Shown here piece after piece: positions 18,712 through 27,871 of a stretch of 37,616 nt of DNA. The notes under the pieces were generated by a model that did no database searches, was not told the origin of the DNA, and saw nothing but the letters and a program-made list of their open reading frames with translations. Numbering within the stretch: position 1 is the stretch's first letter; each line of letters begins with the position of its first letter. Source of the DNA: an uncultured virus (IMG/VR IMGVR_UViG_3300012209_000001). Taxonomy: Duplodnaviria; Heunggongvirae; Uroviricota; Caudoviricetes. A program made the translations under genes and the position numbers. Location of the stretch: the IMG/VR virus record IMGVR_UViG_3300012209_000001. One strand, 5' to 3'.

Positions 18712-19161
18712 TCAAGAGGCTTTAGATTTTTGTATCCAATAGTTAACGATTTGGTTAGTAATTCCCAAATGTTCAGCTACTTCTCTATTGGTCAAACCTT
18801 GTTCATGCAATTGCAATGCTCGCTCTCGCATCTCTGGAGGATAGGTTTTTGAGCGTCCGACCTCTGGCGATAACTCAACTGACTTGAGGCTATCAACATA
18901 ATAGAGATTAGCTACATCTGTACGTACGCCCTCTATTTTCCCTGTAACAAAAAGCCGATACACCGCATCTCTGGAATAATCTCGTCCCGTCCGCTCTTTC
19001 AGGATTGCGCGTGCGCCTTTCGTCGTCGTTGCCTCTTTTCCGTTGATTGTGATAGTTTTTATTACATCGCCAGGTCTGTTTTGCTTTGGCTGGCCCTTAG
19101 ATGCTTTCAATTCTCTCTCCTCTAATAATTCCAACTTATGTTGTATTTGTAAGTCTACCAT
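18712..19161 (-). CDS. two-domain DNA-binding regulator (MerR-like plus C-terminal HTH)
   Basis: YSRDAVYRL..TGKI; YPPEMRERALQLHEQGLTNREVAEHLGITNQIVNYW. Confidence 0.75.
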   Translation of the reverse strand: MVDLQIQHKLELLEERELKASKGQPKQNRPGDVIKTITINGKEATTTKGARAILKERTGRDYSRDAVYRLFVTGKIEGVRTDVANLYYVDSLKSVELSPEVGRSKTYPPEMRERALQLHEQGLTNREVAEHLGITNQIVNYWIQKSKAS

Positions 19162-19192
19162 AGCGTTTCTCCTCTCTCAAGTTCAAGTATAT

Positions 19193-19221
19193 TTGACAAA
19201 ATCATCATACCATGATATTAT
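19193..19221 (+). promoter_or_regulatory. promoter for the HNH gene
   Basis: TTGACA-17-TATTAT; shares TTGACAAAATCA with the twin promoters. Confidence 0.65.
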
Positions 19222-19253
19222 GACAAATACAACATAAGTATGGAGGTTTGGTA

Positions 19254-19829
19254 ATGGACACGTATGAACTTGCACGTTTGCGAGGAGATATTGCACTACT
19301 TGCACGAACCCCGAATAAAGCACGTGAAATAGTGCAGACGCTTACCGAAACTGATTGGGAATATGTTATCGGTGAGCAGGACGAGCCACATGTGGAGTGT
19401 TTAATCTGCAAGAATCTCTACTTGCCGGGGCACTATGATATTCTTTCTTGTCATTTTAATATGTGTCACGACTGTAGAGAGAAAAGGGGGTGGGATAATA
19501 GGAAAACCTTGAATAAGGAAAATAGAAAGTTTCATTTTAATCTGGAAAGAGCGAGGGTGAAAGGTCTTCCTGCTACCTTGACATTTCCTGAATGGATTAT
19601 GACGCTTGAGCACTTTCAATGGAAATGTGCCATTTGCCAGATCAACCCCTATCAGGTGGAGGATCATTTTGTACCTCTTATTCATAGTGGAGGTACAACG
19701 CGAGGAAACATCATTCCTCTTTGTCGCGCTTGTGACAAGCACAAAGGGTGGAAACTTCCCGGTGAAATCACTGGACTCTCTCAAGATGCTATACAGCGTG
19801 TATATACCTACCTCCAGCAATTTTCCTGA
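19254..19829 (+). CDS. HNH endonuclease with Zn ribbon
   Basis: CAIC...EDHFVPL..GGTT.GNIIPLCRACD; N-terminal CLIC/CHDC. Confidence 0.85.
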   Translation: MDTYELARLRGDIALLARTPNKAREIVQTLTETDWEYVIGEQDEPHVECLICKNLYLPGHYDILSCHFNMCHDCREKRGWDNRKTLNKENRKFHFNLERARVKGLPATLTFPEWIMTLEHFQWKCAICQINPYQVEDHFVPLIHSGGTTRGNIIPLCRACDKHKGWKLPGEITGLSQDAIQRVYTYLQQFS

Positions 19830-19865
19830 ATCTTAGAAAATACGTTGATTTTACCCTCAAAAACA

Positions 19866-19897
19866 TTGACAAAATCAACGTATGTATGGTATTATTA
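19866..19897 (+). promoter_or_regulatory. rightward promoter of the recombination/early operon
   Basis: TTGACAAAATCAACGTATGTATGGTATTATTA; extra inverted half-site at 19840-19852. Confidence 0.8.
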
Positions 19898-19975
19898 GAG
19901 AGTAAGAAGAAACAAAAACGCTCGCCGAGCGACCAAGCATCAAGCGAGCGAAACATCCTAAGAAGGAGTATTCAA

Positions 19976-20485
19976 ATGGTACAGCAGACAGAGAAGATGA
20001 GCAACCTACTAGCCTATTTTGAGAGGGCAATTGACCAGATCGTTATTGATGTAGATTTTGCCGAAAAGAGCCGTGGAACCATCGCAATCGTCCCGGCCTC
20101 CGGTGGTGATGACCCATACATCGTTACTGTTGATGAGAGTGGCGACGTGCCGTGTGCCGTGAATTGTACCTGCAATGATCGGTATTATCGCAAAAGCTAC
20201 TGCAAGCATATGCAAATAATAGACCTCTACTATCAGCGTATCGCTGATATCTTCGCTCACGATGAGCCAGTTGTCACCGAGCCAACCCCAGATGAGATTG
20301 CTGCCCAGCATGATCTCTCATACATTGAGGCGATCACTGCTGCGTACGAAATGATCGGGGCTGAGAAACATGTCCATTGTGGAGGCTGTAGGCAGATTTG
20401 CGGCGAGGGCAAGGGCGACCGATGTAAGCCCGGCTTCTGCTTCTGGAATAGCTTCTGGACAGAGGCGCAGCGCAATGCTGCATGA
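19976..20485 (+). CDS. SWIM zinc-finger protein
   Basis: YIVTV...CTCNDRYYRKSYCKH; AAGGAG RBS. Confidence 0.8.
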   Translation: MVQQTEKMSNLLAYFERAIDQIVIDVDFAEKSRGTIAIVPASGGDDPYIVTVDESGDVPCAVNCTCNDRYYRKSYCKHMQIIDLYYQRIADIFAHDEPVVTEPTPDEIAAQHDLSYIEAITAAYEMIGAEKHVHCGGCRQICGEGKGDRCKPGFCFWNSFWTEAQRNAA

Positions 20486-20906
20486 CGTAATGACGAACGG
20501 AGATGGTGATGATTGGTATTGCCATCTCAGCAATTCGATAGAGAATGGAGAGCTAACGGTGGAAATCACTTTAGAACAGTACGAGCAAGCCATAGCCGAG
20601 CATAAGCAAAAGGTTATAGAGCACAAGGATCATATCGTCGCACTGATACGTGAAGAGGACGATTTGATTGCGCTGTCAGAGCAGTACAGAGATTGGCCTC
20701 TAGAAGAGTTACGCAGTGAGTACGCGAAGTATGGTGGTGAGAGAGACACTGACAACAAAAACATGATGGCCCATTTCATCGTCATCACACGACAAGCGGA
20801 CCTGTCTAGCAAAATTGATGCCAGCGAGCATGCTATTCAAGAGTTGTGGGAAGAAGTGGTTGAGTTTGAGCGCGAAGTCAAGCGGTTCAAGTCTGAAATT
20901 TCGTAG
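20475..20906 (+). CDS. coiled-coil hypothetical protein
   Basis: Start overlaps the SWIM gene end; helical composition. Confidence 0.55.
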   Translation: MLHDVMTNGDGDDWYCHLSNSIENGELTVEITLEQYEQAIAEHKQKVIEHKDHIVALIREEDDLIALSEQYRDWPLEELRSEYAKYGGERDTDNKNMMAHFIVITRQADLSSKIDASEHAIQELWEEVVEFEREVKRFKSEIS

Positions 20907-20962
20907 CGAGAAGAATAGTAGCAGGACAGACACAACGCTGCTCTGCGAGGAGAAGAAAGTCA

Positions 20963-21742
20963 ATGTTCAATCCACGAGAACACCTTATGCAGCTAAAAAG
21001 TCGTGAAGGCAGCAAGGATTATCTACCAGTTGCTTGGAGACTTGTTTGGTTCAGGGAGGCATTTCCCCAGGGCTTAATTGAAACGGAATTGGTTCACCTC
21101 GATCTCGACAAGGACACCGAGGATGAGGTCTTTGCTTGGAATAGCGAAAAGCGTCGTAGCGAGAAGGTGGTAAAGACTGCCAAGGGTATCGCGGTTTTTA
21201 AGGCAACGGTGAAAGATGGCATAGGTGGTGTAGCTACTGGCACTAAGTCAGAGAAAGCAGCCTCATTCGCTGATTTTATAGAGAAAGCGGAGACGGGTGC
21301 GATTGGGCGTGCCCTGGCCGCTCTTGGCTATGGTACGCAGTTTGCGCCTGAGATGGACGAGGCCCATCGTATTGTTGACGCGCCGGTAGAACGTCTTGCC
21401 GATGAGCCAGCGCCACCACGCCCACTACCAGCTTCAAGACCTATCCAGAATGCCCCTGTAAATACGTCTAAATCACAACAGAATGGCGCTGGTGAGCCCG
21501 TAACGGAACAACAAGAGAAGAAGCCGCTCTCTGTTAAAGAATACTTTAGCGTGGTCTACAGGCACGCGCTAGCCCTGAAGCAATTCAGTTTTGGTGAAAC
21601 TGCTGGTGACAAAGAGAAGATGCAGGCGTTTCTCGATTTCGCTGGCCCGGTTGTTGGCACAACTCTTACCAGTGTTGGACATCTTACGAAGTCACGGCTG
21701 GATGACATTGAAGCGTATCTGAACGCCAAAGACGCGGCATAG
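20963..21742 (+). CDS. Rad52/Sak-like single-strand annealing protein
   Basis: DYLPVAWRLVWFR...IEKAETGAIGRALAALGYGTQFA. Confidence 0.75.
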   Translation: MFNPREHLMQLKSREGSKDYLPVAWRLVWFREAFPQGLIETELVHLDLDKDTEDEVFAWNSEKRRSEKVVKTAKGIAVFKATVKDGIGGVATGTKSEKAASFADFIEKAETGAIGRALAALGYGTQFAPEMDEAHRIVDAPVERLADEPAPPRPLPASRPIQNAPVNTSKSQQNGAGEPVTEQQEKKPLSVKEYFSVVYRHALALKQFSFGETAGDKEKMQAFLDFAGPVVGTTLTSVGHLTKSRLDDIEAYLNAKDAA

Positions 21743-21789
21743 TGTAGTGAGTTGGGCCGGTTCGCGCTGGCCCCTCGAAAGGAATCATC

Positions 21790-22584
21790 ATGACAACAAG
21801 GACAAATAGACAACAGTTCGTCAAGACAGAAGTACTCAACGTGTTAAGACAAGGATCAACGAAAGAGACGTTCTATTACCTCCCATCGGGCCAACTAGAG
21901 CGCAAGCTTTACCAGGAAGTCAACGAAGTGCTTGAGCGAATCGGCGGCAAATGGAACGGGAAAGCAAAAGCGCATGTGTTTGAGATTGACCCGGCCCAAC
22001 TACTTGAACTTGTCTCTACCACTGGCGAGATGCCACCAAAGAACCCGACTGCATTCTTTCCTACACCTGAGCCTGTGATCGCTGAACTGTTGCGTGGTGG
22101 TATTCCGGCCCATGCATGGCACATTCTTGAGCCATCAGCAGGGAAGGGAAACATTGCTGAAGCGATACGCACCTACTGTCTTGACCACAATGTCGATGCT
22201 GTGTTCGGTTGCTGTGAGATTGTTCCGCGCTTCCGTGATGTGTTGCAGGAGAAGGGTTTTAGGGTTCTGGACGAGCCTGATTTCCTTCAGTATCAACCCG
22301 ACTTCCTCTATGACTTCATAATTATGAATCCCCCTTTTGCCGTAGAGGGTGATGCGCTAGCATATGTGACCCACATAGAGCACGCATGGTCACTGTTAGC
22401 CCCTGGTGGTGAGCTACGTGCGGTTGCACCGGCTGGCTTCGCGTTCAGAGACGATAAGCGGGTTGTCCATTTACGTAGCCTTGTAGAGAAGTACGGAACG
22501 TGGGAAAAGTTGGAAGGCAAGTCATTTACTGAGAGTGGTACAGGAGTAGCAACCGTGATACTCTCCATGCAAAAAGCATCGTAG
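21790..22584 (+). CDS. SAM-dependent DNA amino-methyltransferase
   Basis: FFPTP, ILEPSAGKG, DFIIMNPPF, FTESGTGV. Confidence 0.85.
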   Translation: MTTRTNRQQFVKTEVLNVLRQGSTKETFYYLPSGQLERKLYQEVNEVLERIGGKWNGKAKAHVFEIDPAQLLELVSTTGEMPPKNPTAFFPTPEPVIAELLRGGIPAHAWHILEPSAGKGNIAEAIRTYCLDHNVDAVFGCCEIVPRFRDVLQEKGFRVLDEPDFLQYQPDFLYDFIIMNPPFAVEGDALAYVTHIEHAWSLLAPGGELRAVAPAGFAFRDDKRVVHLRSLVEKYGTWEKLEGKSFTESGTGVATVILSMQKAS

Positions 22585-22643
22585 CGCATAGTAGTGAGCA
22601 GGGCCGGTTCGTGTTCGGGCTGGCTCTGCAGGAAAGGATAACC

Positions 22644-22886
22644 ATGAAGATAGCCGGATATATTATCCATACCGAGGTTTTAGAGTGGGGAGCTTTTGAG
22701 CCAAAGACGGTGCGATCAATCGTGCATCGCCAGTGTGCTTGGAATGGCGATATGCTCTATCCTGAAGATGAAATGGACCTGCAGAAGATTCCGATAGAGC
22801 AAGCGCCACAATATGCTTGTTCGGCTTGTGGGAAATTGCTTTCTGAGCCTGCATGGTTTACTTTCCAAGCGGAGAGGATACGTTAA
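22644..22886 (+). CDS. small Zn-binding hypothetical protein
   Basis: HRQC...CSACG; GAAAGGA RBS. Confidence 0.6.
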   Translation: MKIAGYIIHTEVLEWGAFEPKTVRSIVHRQCAWNGDMLYPEDEMDLQKIPIEQAPQYACSACGKLLSEPAWFTFQAERIR

Positions 22887-23026
22887 TGTGTGATTGCCCT
22901 GATTGCACGATAACAATGGCAATTGTGCTATGGTACATCTCAACTGAAGTGTGGCTAGGTCGTCGGCGTCGGTATCATCACAAGCCTGCAGAAAGCGGTG
23001 TGATCAGGATATGGGCCAGGAGGTAG
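22886..23026 (+). CDS. 46-aa peptide MCDCPDC... (not in ORF track)
   Basis: TAATG coupling; GGAGAGG RBS; ends 4 nt before the next start. Confidence 0.45.
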   Translation: MCDCPDCTITMAIVLWYISTEVWLGRRRRYHHKPAESGVIRIWARR

Positions 23027-23030
23027 CACA

Positions 23031-23528
23031 GTGGTATATATGCTGAAAGAGTGGGAACCGCAAGAAGGGAAGATGCCTTGCCTGTCCATTGCGCAGCCTT
23101 TCGCTATGGCGATTATTCAGCGCAAGAAGAAAATCGAACTGCGCACATGGGGCACACACTACAAAGGGCTCATTGCTCTCCAAGCTGGAAAGACATGGTA
23201 CGGAGGCGTGAAGATACCGGGACACCCTACCGAAGCACAAATGCGCCCGATCAAAGAGTTTGCGCGGAAGTATCAGCTCCCGGCCTGCGTTGGCGATTAT
23301 CCCACTGGCGCGATTGTTGGCGTGGCTCGTTTAGTGAAGTGCGCCACGTTTACCAGGGAGGGCTATGAACGGTTGCGTGATCAGCACTGTTCGGATTGTG
23401 ACTGGACACCGGGGGAGTATGGCTGGCAGTTCGAGGATGTGCAAGCGTTGCCAGAACCGATCTATGGCGTTCGTGGGTATCTCGGATTGTTCGCAGTTGA
23501 TGAGATCGTGCTAGGATGCGATTTGTAG
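23031..23528 (+). CDS. ASCH domain protein
   Basis: LSIAQPFA..I..KKKIELRTW...GAIVGVARL...RGYLGLF. Confidence 0.9.
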   Translation: MVYMLKEWEPQEGKMPCLSIAQPFAMAIIQRKKKIELRTWGTHYKGLIALQAGKTWYGGVKIPGHPTEAQMRPIKEFARKYQLPACVGDYPTGAIVGVARLVKCATFTREGYERLRDQHCSDCDWTPGEYGWQFEDVQALPEPIYGVRGYLGLFAVDEIVLGCDL

Positions 23529-23625
23529 CGTTTAAAATGTAGTTAGTGAATTATACGTCGAGCGTTACACAGGGCGTCTGTTGCCGATTGTGGCGCGATG
23601 AAAATTGAGAGAAAGAGGTTGATTG

Positions 23626-24057
23626 ATGAGAAACAAAGATCGAAAAGATAAGTATGAGCACATCGATGAGGCAACAATGTTAGGCTTCCTAGCCAATGCT
23701 CTGTTTGATCGTGGCAATGATCGTGGCGCAACATTCCCACGATCAGATGCCGAAGATATGAGCCGTGGGTTGCGGTTCATCCCTGGTGAAGTCACTGTAG
23801 CGCGACGGAAAGGCGATAATGTTGCCTTTGTTGACCAACACTGCCATCATTCCTGCTGCTGGTATTGGCAATTCCCAGACGGCTCGCGTACGTACTACTG
23901 GGAGCGCGGCGACTACGAGCAGATTGCCGAAGCGAACGGCAAAGTGAAAGATGATGAGGGCAAGTATCCCGATGCTGTTGGGCCCTGTCCTGATTGCGGG
24001 AATATCCATACCAGGGGAGGCCATGTGAAGGCTGAGTCTGTAGGAAAGGATGCCTGA
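23626..24057 (+). CDS. hypothetical protein with C-terminal CPDCG Zn ribbon
   Basis: AGAGG RBS; ORF in the operon. Confidence 0.6.
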   Translation: MRNKDRKDKYEHIDEATMLGFLANALFDRGNDRGATFPRSDAEDMSRGLRFIPGEVTVARRKGDNVAFVDQHCHHSCCWYWQFPDGSRTYYWERGDYEQIAEANGKVKDDEGKYPDAVGPCPDCGNIHTRGGHVKAESVGKDA

Positions 24058-24148
24058 TTACCGCTTTTTCACACCGCCACAAGAATCACCTGGCAGCGGT
24101 ATCCTGAAAGCCCTGGTTGAGATCGACAACCAGGGCTTTTCTTTTTGT

Positions 24149-24460
24149 TCAGTGGGCGTACAGTGCTTGCCAATTCCCTCGATGTCCTGAACAACTTCCC
24201 GGCCTGCCACCACTCTTGCTATACAACCCATCATGACACTCAATCACGTAGCCTATGCCACGGGGGAAGTTCGGGATGCATCGGAAGTAGCGGCCATTGC
24301 AAAACGCTGGATTGGGCGCGTAGATGAGCCGACCACGGGCCGCTACAAACGAGTAGTTCCAGGGATTATTATTGACGCCAGCCGCGTAAGTTGGCGTGCT
24401 ACATGAGAATGTGGCGACGAGGGCGATAGTGAGAGTGATGGATGCGATGAGACGTTTCAT
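24149..24460 (-). CDS. secreted Cys-containing protein, DUF3761-like C-terminus (moron)
   Basis: Signal peptide ending TYA-A; ECHDGLYSKSGGRPGSCSGH; opposite orientation to its neighbours. Confidence 0.7.
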   Translation of the reverse strand: MKRLIASITLTIALVATFSCSTPTYAAGVNNNPWNYSFVAARGRLIYAPNPAFCNGRYFRCIPNFPRGIGYVIECHDGLYSKSGGRPGSCSGHRGNWQALYAH

Positions 24461-24594
24461 ATATTCCCCTTCAATTGTTGTGTTTTGCCTATCATATCAT
24501 TGCTGAGAAGCGCCTCCAATGGGATGCCTAAAGGTCCATTATTTCGAGCAAACTACTCTGTACGGTTGTTGGATTGGCCTGTCAAATGGTTGTA

Positions 24595-24623
24595 TTTACA
24601 AAGCGAAAAGCCTATGCTATACT
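24595..24623 (+). promoter_or_regulatory. promoter of the recombinase operon
   Basis: TTTACA-17-TATACT with TG extension. Confidence 0.65.
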
Positions 24624-24679
24624 CATGTATGACGACTAACAGTCCTTAGATGACATGGTAAAATCAGGGAAGAAGAAGC

Positions 24680-25639
24680 ATGCAAGACATCGTAATTTAT
24701 CAAACAAAAGAGGTTATGACGCTAGATCAATGTATTCTAGCCTGGATTGCCGCCAAGAAAGGGAGATCAAACAGTAGCAAGACAGAAAAAGCCTATCGAG
24801 AAACACTTGGACAGTTTCGTTTGCTGTTGCAGGGGTATAAACGTGATCTCGATAGTGATCCTGGTATTATTGCGCCGCTGGCCCAGGGGTGGGCAGAGCA
24901 GACCACCAGTACACGACGTACTGAGGTGACACCTGCAACGTATAACCAGCGTCTAGCAATTCTCTCAAGCTTCTATGAGTATGCGATCAAAAATGAAGTG
25001 CTGCAGCGTAACCCGATTGAACGTGTAGAGCGGCGTAATCCAAACAAACAATATCAAGCCAAACAAATTGATACCAAGAAAGTTAAAACCGGCCTGGCTG
25101 CCATTGATCGCTCTACAGATGAAGGTAAGCGGGATTATGCAATCCTGAGTATTATGCTGGCAACTGGAAAGCGTGTGTCAGAAATTGCCAATATTCTTTA
25201 TGGGGATATCCAAAAGCAGGGTGATACTGTGCTTCTCTCCTGGCCTCGATGTAAGGGAAACAAAAAACTTGATCCTGACGTGCTGAAAGAAAAGACAACG
25301 AGGGTTCTATACGAATATCTCCATATGTCTTATGGCTCAAAACTTGGACATTTGGCAAATGATGCGCCGATCTGGCTTTCCTTCTCAGATCGCAATAAAG
25401 GAAAGCAGATAGGAGCACGAACAATCCAGCGAATCTGCGAGACATATCTTGGTACGTCAAAAGCGCACGCGACTAGACACACCTGGGCCGTTGCTATGAT
25501 GAACCAGAATGCTACCCTTGCTCAAATTGGGCGCGGGCTCGGACACTCCAATTTGAAAACAACCTCAGACTACCTTGAAGAGTTGAGCGCCTATGAGAAT
25601 CCGTATGCAAGCGCGTTAGAAGATATGTTTGGGATATAG
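24680..25639 (+). CDS. tyrosine recombinase / integrase (XerCD-like)
   Basis: TYNQRLAILSSFYEY; catalytic TGKRVSE, HATRHT, LGHS, TTSDY. Confidence 0.93.
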   Translation: MQDIVIYQTKEVMTLDQCILAWIAAKKGRSNSSKTEKAYRETLGQFRLLLQGYKRDLDSDPGIIAPLAQGWAEQTTSTRRTEVTPATYNQRLAILSSFYEYAIKNEVLQRNPIERVERRNPNKQYQAKQIDTKKVKTGLAAIDRSTDEGKRDYAILSIMLATGKRVSEIANILYGDIQKQGDTVLLSWPRCKGNKKLDPDVLKEKTTRVLYEYLHMSYGSKLGHLANDAPIWLSFSDRNKGKQIGARTIQRICETYLGTSKAHATRHTWAVAMMNQNATLAQIGRGLGHSNLKTTSDYLEELSAYENPYASALEDMFGI

Positions 25640-25651
25640 GGAGATGAAGAG

Positions 25652-25936
25652 ATGACAAAGTGCCTTGAACAATTACCCCTCTTTGGGCGATTGGAACTTT
25701 CTGATGATGGGAAGCAACTCCTTCTTGATGGCATACTGCTTGCTCCAGATCAGGTGATTACGTATCACTGCAAGAATGGAAGCGAGCAAGTACCAGCACG
25801 GGTCACCTATGATAGCCGGTACGGCTGGTATCTTCGCTTTGAAGAGTTTCTAGGTCATACATATCTTAATAGACCACTCACTCACAAGAGTATTCAGTAT
25901 ATAGTTGCGAGTAGTCAAGGAGAAAATAGCTTATGA
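25652..25936 (+). CDS. hypothetical protein (N-terminal QLPLF)
   Basis: RBS; coupled ORF. Confidence 0.6.
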   Translation: MTKCLEQLPLFGRLELSDDGKQLLLDGILLAPDQVITYHCKNGSEQVPARVTYDSRYGWYLRFEEFLGHTYLNRPLTHKSIQYIVASSQGENSL

Positions 25937-26196
25937 GCCAACCGACTACAAACCCACGCCTACTAGAACAACGCAATGGCATATCCTTTGTTCAATGTTT
26001 GCAGATGTGCCTCCAACAACGCGATCTGGTCACCGAGTGGCAACGGCTCTCAGGCAAGAAGCTCGTAGCCAGCAGCCCTCTAGACCGCATGATTGACGAG
26101 GCCACCGGCTACGACATGGCGATCATGCAAGAGTTTGCTGATTTTGTCTATGAATTTGTATGGCAGTCATTTGGATTGGAGGAAGTAAAGCCATGA
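25933..26196 (+). CDS. conserved hypothetical protein
   Basis: SPLDRMIDEATG...FADFVYEFVW; ATGA coupling. Confidence 0.65.
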   Translation: MSQPTTNPRLLEQRNGISFVQCLQMCLQQRDLVTEWQRLSGKKLVASSPLDRMIDEATGYDMAIMQEFADFVYEFVWQSFGLEEVKP

Positions 26197-26657
26197 GTGA
26201 GTACGAAACACTCGATCTGGACGAAGAGGAAGAAGAAGAAACCGATGAAGGGTGGCAAGAATACTGGCTTGTGGTTGGAGGCGTGAGCAAGAAATCTGAA
26301 CAGGCTATTGAATCAGTCGATGGCAAAGTCTTACGTATGACAGCATCCACTCGTGGCTACACACGACAACTTCAGGAGACAAGAATCAATACTTATTACC
26401 CTGGGGTTCCTCCTATCTATGCCGTGTGCCTGCTCTACCTTCCAGACGATGATGATCAGGGATTCAGTTTCTTTACCGATGATGGAGAGAAGGCCCGTCA
26501 TTTTTTCATTGCCTCTGCTGATGAGCACCATGATCTGTATATCTATTGCGACGATGGTTCTATTCCACGATTTGAATCAGATACAACGCAGCTCCGCTTA
26601 GTTACCGAGGAAGAATGGTTTGCTATTGCAGACGCGAAGGGGGAAAGTAAGTCATGA
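26193..26657 (+). CDS. acidic hypothetical protein
   Basis: GGAGG RBS; ATGA coupling. Confidence 0.6.
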   Translation: MSEYETLDLDEEEEEETDEGWQEYWLVVGGVSKKSEQAIESVDGKVLRMTASTRGYTRQLQETRINTYYPGVPPIYAVCLLYLPDDDDQGFSFFTDDGEKARHFFIASADEHHDLYIYCDDGSIPRFESDTTQLRLVTEEEWFAIADAKGESKS

Positions 26658-26938
26658 GTGAGAGGTTTCAAGCTCTATCAGATGGCTATAGCTGGAAAGT
26701 CATTGACACCGAAATCACACATTTTATCCGTGGGCGCGGACATGTCGTCCATCACGTCCAGTGGTGCCAGGATGAGCAAGAAGCGTGCAGCATCGCTGAT
26801 AACCTTAATAAGACACGAGGGCACGCAGCTAACGAACCGAAATGTTGTGTTTGCGGCTCGCAACCTGCCGGGCCTGCCGGTGAAGAGAATCCGCGTTGTG
26901 GCCCCTGCTGGTCCAAATTGGCAGACATGCATGGATAG
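26654..26938 (+). CDS. hypothetical protein with Zn finger
   Basis: CCVCG...CGPC. Confidence 0.6.
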   Translation: MSERFQALSDGYSWKVIDTEITHFIRGRGHVVHHVQWCQDEQEACSIADNLNKTRGHAANEPKCCVCGSQPAGPAGEENPRCGPCWSKLADMHG

Positions 26939-27152
26939 AGAAACGATGAGGCAAGAACTACAAACCCGTCTCTGGCAACACGACAACCTCTGGCGCATTC
27001 AGTCCCTTCGCCAACTACAGGACCGTCACGGCACGCTGCAAGATGCCTGGGAGAGCCGCCGTGACGAGGATGGGCACGTTCTGTTCTTCGAGACGGAGGA
27101 GCAGGCCAGGGAGCATATGGACAGTGAAGCAAAGAAAGTTGAGGAAGAATAA
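26931..27152 (+). CDS. hypothetical protein
   Basis: MDRETMRQELQ...FETEEQAREH; overlaps the upstream stop. Confidence 0.55.
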   Translation: MDRETMRQELQTRLWQHDNLWRIQSLRQLQDRHGTLQDAWESRRDEDGHVLFFETEEQAREHMDSEAKKVEEE

Positions 27153-27427
27153 TGGAAGACGAAATAGCATCACGTGACCTACCAGATGGACGCCGGGCCT
27201 ATATCATCCACTTAACCTATGGTCGGGCCCGTATCTGCATTGCTAACAAATATTGTCCCATGAGCATCGACAACTCGTATTGATATGCTACTCCTGAGCT
27301 TGCAGTTAGCAAGTTAAACGAGTGGGACGTTGAAAAAGAAGCAGAACCCGATGGCTGGTTCCGTAGCCCCAATACTGGCAGGCGAAGACCAGATGGTGAC
27401 GCGAGCAAAGAATATATCTCATGGTGA
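27152..27427 (+). CDS. 91-aa protein with in-frame TGA at codon 44 (candidate selenoprotein, or pseudogene)
   Basis: TAATG coupling; GAGGA RBS; frame continues 47 codons past the TGA to just before a terminator. Confidence 0.6.
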
Positions 27428-27438
27428 TCGCTAGTACA

Positions 27439-27479
27439 ATAAAGGTGCCCGTATGTCTCCCCAGACCCGGCACCTTTAT
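27439..27479 (+). terminator. terminator-like hairpin closing the recombinase operon
   Basis: ATAAAGGTGCC/GGCACCTTTAT 11-bp stem. Confidence 0.7.
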
Positions 27480-27832
27480 CGCTGCTATTGCCAACTGAGA
27501 GGACAATTTAGCTCTATTGCTCAGATAATACAGCCTATCGAGCAACGATGTATACACTATAGATGAATCATCGACACTTGTCTATAGAGGTTCATTGAAC
27601 GCAAAAGCACCAGGCCAACAATCCGCTTTCTGGTTGTGCTATGAAATTTAATTAACATGCACAGAATCGTTGCCCTGGTGCCTTCGCTTGAGTGGGATAC
27701 CTTACTGCCTGGCAAATTCTCAAAATGTGTACCCTCTTTGGATACCGCAGCCATTATACCAGTTACCCACACTCTTGTATAGCCACATTGCATAGCATCA
27801 TGCTATCACCACGAATCACGCACATTCACGGT

Positions 27833-27871
27833 CCTGCACTGCTTTCTCGTCGTGGCAGGGCTTTTTGTGTT
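27833..27871 (+). terminator. intrinsic terminator
   Basis: CCTGC...GCAGG followed by GCTTTTTGTGTT. Confidence 0.5.
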
